Part shown: positions 61,118 through 64,000 of the stretch, piece by piece
Position numbering within the stretch: position 1 is the first letter of the stretch
Layout of the letters: each line of letters begins with the position of its first letter
Source: the human T2T-CHM13v2.0 reference genome, Homo sapiens
Assembly: GCF_009914755.1 (NCBI RefSeq)
Contig: NC_060939.1
Length of the DNA stretch: 64,000 bases
Direction: 5' to 3' (one strand)
Program-made: the position numbers and the translations under genes
The notes under the pieces: model-generated
Seen by the model: the letters and a program-made list of their open reading frames with translations, nothing else
What the model was told of the DNA's origin: nothing
Database searches by the model: none

Positions 61118-62149
61118 CTTCTCATCCACAAAAGACGGAATGGATCTGTGACCCATTTGTGAATAAGCCAGGTGAATCCACTTTGTCCACGCTAGAAGAG
61201 GATCAACTGCTTGATATTGCAAATGACGGTGGCCTTAAAAGTATGTTTGAGACAACTTCAAATCTCCATACGTTCTCGATTAAAGTCAAGGCGGAACATC
61301 CTGAGATTGCCACAAAAGTACTGAAAAGCCTCCTTCCATTTTCAACATCCTATCTTTGTGAGGCAGGATTTTCCACAGTAACAGCAACCAAAATGAGATT
61401 ACAGAATAGACCGGACATAAGGAACACACCTCGGGTGTCACTGTGTCTCATCACCCCCAGATGGGACCATCTAGTTGCAGGAAAACAAGCTCAGGGCTCC
61501 CATTGATTCTACATTATGGTGAGTTGTATAATTCTACATAACTATAATGTAATAATAATAGAAATAAAGTGCAGAATAAATGAAATGTGCTTGAATCCTG
61601 TAAGTATACACAGTCATATAATTCATATAAGTATATACAACTTAAAACCTGAGGCTTTTAAGTTGAAGGTAAAAACAGGTAAAACATGTTTTTAAAAAAC
61701 ACACAAAATAGTATTTTGCTGTCAATACATAAAGATACATGTAAATGCAAATAAAAAGAATTCAAAGAATACACACCGCATTGCTAATAGTGGAAAGATA
61801 CCTCCCAGGCGAAAAGAAATGGGACCAAGTATTTCTTCACTATAACTAAAAAAAAAAAAAGTACAATATATCTGTTGTTTGTGAATTTAACTTTTTAAAT
61901 GAAAACACTAAAAGGACAAAATGGATTAGTTCTTAATATGCTGATCTGTGGTTATGGATGTTGTCTGGTTTGGAGACGTGGATTTACAAGTCATCAGTAC
62001 ATCGGTAAATTGCCCAGGGGAAGAGGAAGGGGGGGAAGGAGCATTAAATGTTACGAAGGCCATGTAAGGTTATTTTCCGGTTTGCAGCATTACAAGCAGC
62101 AGTAGGGTTAAGTAACACAGAAACTGTTACGCTCTTGCATGCAGGGTCC

Positions 62150-62770
62150 CTAGATACGAAGTTCGAATCGATGGAAACGTAGCTCAAAAGGCGACGCCAA
62201 CACCCCGGAGAAAACACTGAGCTACTCCAACCACAGTGGCGCGCCAAGTAGGAGGCGGTACCTGAGGACCACGCCTGCGCGCGGGGTTACGCAAGCGCGC
62301 AGCCTTTGCGCACGCGCACGAACGCACGGCCGCGCAGCATCTGTCTTGCTGGAAGCTTTTTCCTAGAGGTTGAGCGGTTTGCACAATGTCGGAAATGGCT
62401 GAGTTGTCCGAGCTGTATGAAGAGAGCAGTGACCTGCAGATGGATGTGATGCCTGGCGAGGGTGACCTTCCGCAGATGGAGGTAGGCAGCGGGAGCCGGG
62501 AGCTATCCCTGCGTCCCTCCCGCAGCGGGGCCCAACAGCTCGAGGAGGAAGGCCCAATGGAGGAGGAGGAGGCCCAGCCAATGGCGGCGCCAGAGGGGAA
62601 ACGGAGCCTTGCTAACGGGCCCAACGCTGGGGAGCAGCCAGGCCAGGTGGCGGGCGCAGACTTCGAGAGCGAGGACGAGGGCGAGGAATTTGATGACTGG
62701 GAGGACGACTACGACTATCCCGAAGAGGAGCAGCTCAGTGGTGCCGGCTACAGAGTATCAGCCGCTCTTG
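62150..62770. promoter_or_regulatory. CpG island, EID1 promoter and 5' region
   Basis: Only CpG-dense non-Alu stretch in the window; NRF1 consensus TGCGCACGCGCA at 62307-62318; palindrome TGGCGCGCCA (E2F-like) at 62237-62246; no obvious TATA. Confidence 0.85.
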
Positions 62771-62949
62771 AAGAAGCCGACAAGATGTTTCTGAGAACAA
62801 GAGAACCAGCCCTGGATGGCGGGTTTCAGATGCATTATGAGAAGACCCCGTTTGATCAGTTAGCTTTTATCGAAGAGCTTTTTTCACTGATGGTTGTCAA
62901 TCGTCTGACCGAAGAACTCGGCTGTGATGAGATTATTGATAGAGAGTAG
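62386..62949 (+). CDS. EID1: EP300-interacting inhibitor of differentiation 1 (intronless), nested antisense in an SHC4 intron
   Basis: 187-aa acidic ORF MSEMAELSELYEESSDLQ...; C-terminal LGCDE (LxCxE Rb-binding motif, 62917-62931); recognised sequence; ATG context cacaATGt. Confidence 0.98.
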   Translation: MSEMAELSELYEESSDLQMDVMPGEGDLPQMEVGSGSRELSLRPSRSGAQQLEEEGPMEEEEAQPMAAPEGKRSLANGPNAGEQPGQVAGADFESEDEGEEFDDWEDDYDYPEEEQLSGAGYRVSAALEEADKMFLRTREPALDGGFQMHYEKTPFDQLAFIEELFSLMVVNRLTEELGCDEIIDRE

Positions 62950-64000
62950 TTAGATGCTGTTAAAAGAGGAGGAAACTACTTGAGGAGGGACCCAACTTTC
63001 CGCTATCTTTTGGGTTCATTCCAAATAGTTTTGTGCCATTGAAAAACTTGACCTTCAAAAAAATTTGTTTTTCAGAATAGAACACAATAGGACAGTGACT
63101 GCACAGTTGTGAAAAAGGAAGAGAATCATTAAAGAAAAAGAAAAAAGATTTTAAGACCGTTGAAATCAATTATCAAGAACGTCCTAAAACACCTATGGCT
63201 TTGACTTTGTTATTGATCCAGATTATTTTCCTTGCATTGGGGAAAATATCTTTCATATTTGTTTGCTGTAAAGATGGTTTTGCAAGAATAAGTCATGACC
63301 AAGACAAACTGCCAATACAAAAGCCCACTGATACTAATTATATAATGAGAAAAAAATGTATCCAACTAGGACACATATCTTTTGAGTTATTTGGACTGAA
63401 AGCTTAAGAAAACTTGGAAAATTCTATTTTGTGATCTAGTCAAGCCACAGTTATCAAAGGCTACATTTTCAGTGTAAGATAAATGGATGAGTAAACTCAA
63501 ATATGTATCACGTGTGCTTTGTATCTTAAGATGTGTTTCCAAGAGCATCTGAAATTTTGTTTGTACATGTATCTTGATCATTTATAAAGCCACTGTGATC
63601 TATAAATCAAGAAAATCCATTGTCATAACCATTTTTAAAAGTCAAAAATTAAGACATCCTTAATTAAAAAGTTTCAAATCTAGACACTAAATGTGTGTGA
63701 ATGTACAAAGAAAACAAACCATTGCTTATGCTGTTATATACTAGAGAAATTTTGTTTTGCTTGCTGTTTTAACTTGACAGATGAAGGACTTTAGTTGAAC
63801 TTCATATTGTAAGAACTGTTAATAAAAGTTGTCAAGTAAAAAGCGCTATATCTAAAAAGACTTTATGAACAGTTATTCTATCAACTTTTAAAGGTTTTAA
63901 ACCTGCCCAGAAATTACCTTGGTATCTGAAGTTTCCCTCTGTCTCCTCCTCTAATTAAGCTTGTTATTTGTCATGCACCAGCATTGGAGATAATAAAATT
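62950..64000 (+). other. EID1: EID1 3' UTR (may continue past the window end)
   Basis: Repeat-free AT-rich sequence after TAG; AATAAA at 63821-63826 and 63992-63997. Confidence 0.75.

Larger units (their letters stand above)
58557..61597 (+). mobile_element. Near full-length decayed hAT transposon, Charlie3/MER1 family
   Basis: MER1-type left end CAGGGG... after a ctagag target; transposase remnants in ORFs 59200, 59532, 59812 and 61093 (BED finger KPSKL..H..H, VRWLS motif, hATC-like PFSTSYLCEAGFS); stops and frameshifts; right terminus missing. Confidence 0.88.

Noticed and set aside
59200-61506. Possible domesticated Buster/ZBED-like gene
   Set aside because: Multiple stops and frameshifts, lost catalytic motifs and an LTR insertion
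62184-62624. 146-aa antisense ORF over EID1
   Set aside because: Starts at TTG with no ATG, and is the expected stop-poor shadow of a GC-rich CDS; only its splice donor is reported

Overview
Primate (human-like) genomic DNA, AT-rich and dense in repeats. The minus strand carries the last eight coding exons of SHC4 (ShcD/RaLP adaptor: C-terminal half of the PTB domain, CH1 and SH2). I reconstructed these exons by hand: every intron is GT-AG, phases agree, and they give 1053 nt = 350 aa plus stop, followed by a ~2.2 kb 3' UTR. The intronless EID1 gene (187 aa, LxCxE motif) lies antisense inside an SHC4 intron, with a CpG-island promoter near 62.2-62.4 kb. Exon numbers assume the 12-exon SHC4 model recalled from memory. 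Repeat family names come from recalled consensus sequences and boundaries are approximate. The strongest observation is an MLT2 (HERV-L) solo LTR nested in a dead Charlie3/MER1 hAT transposon. It supplies a TATA-like box, DUX4-like motifs, an ATG, 37 open codons and a phase-0 GTGAGT donor in frame with SHC4 exon 5, predicting a 387-aa LTR-initiated SHC4. Also notable are two independent tailless tRNA-Thr(AGT) 5'-half retrocopies with target-site duplications (TSDs), an unidentified ~25-nt polyadenylated micro-retrocopy, a MADE1 hairpin, and a candidate antisense SHC4 first exon at the EID1 promoter. Most ORF-track entries are repeat-derived noise, and I see no wholly new gene system.
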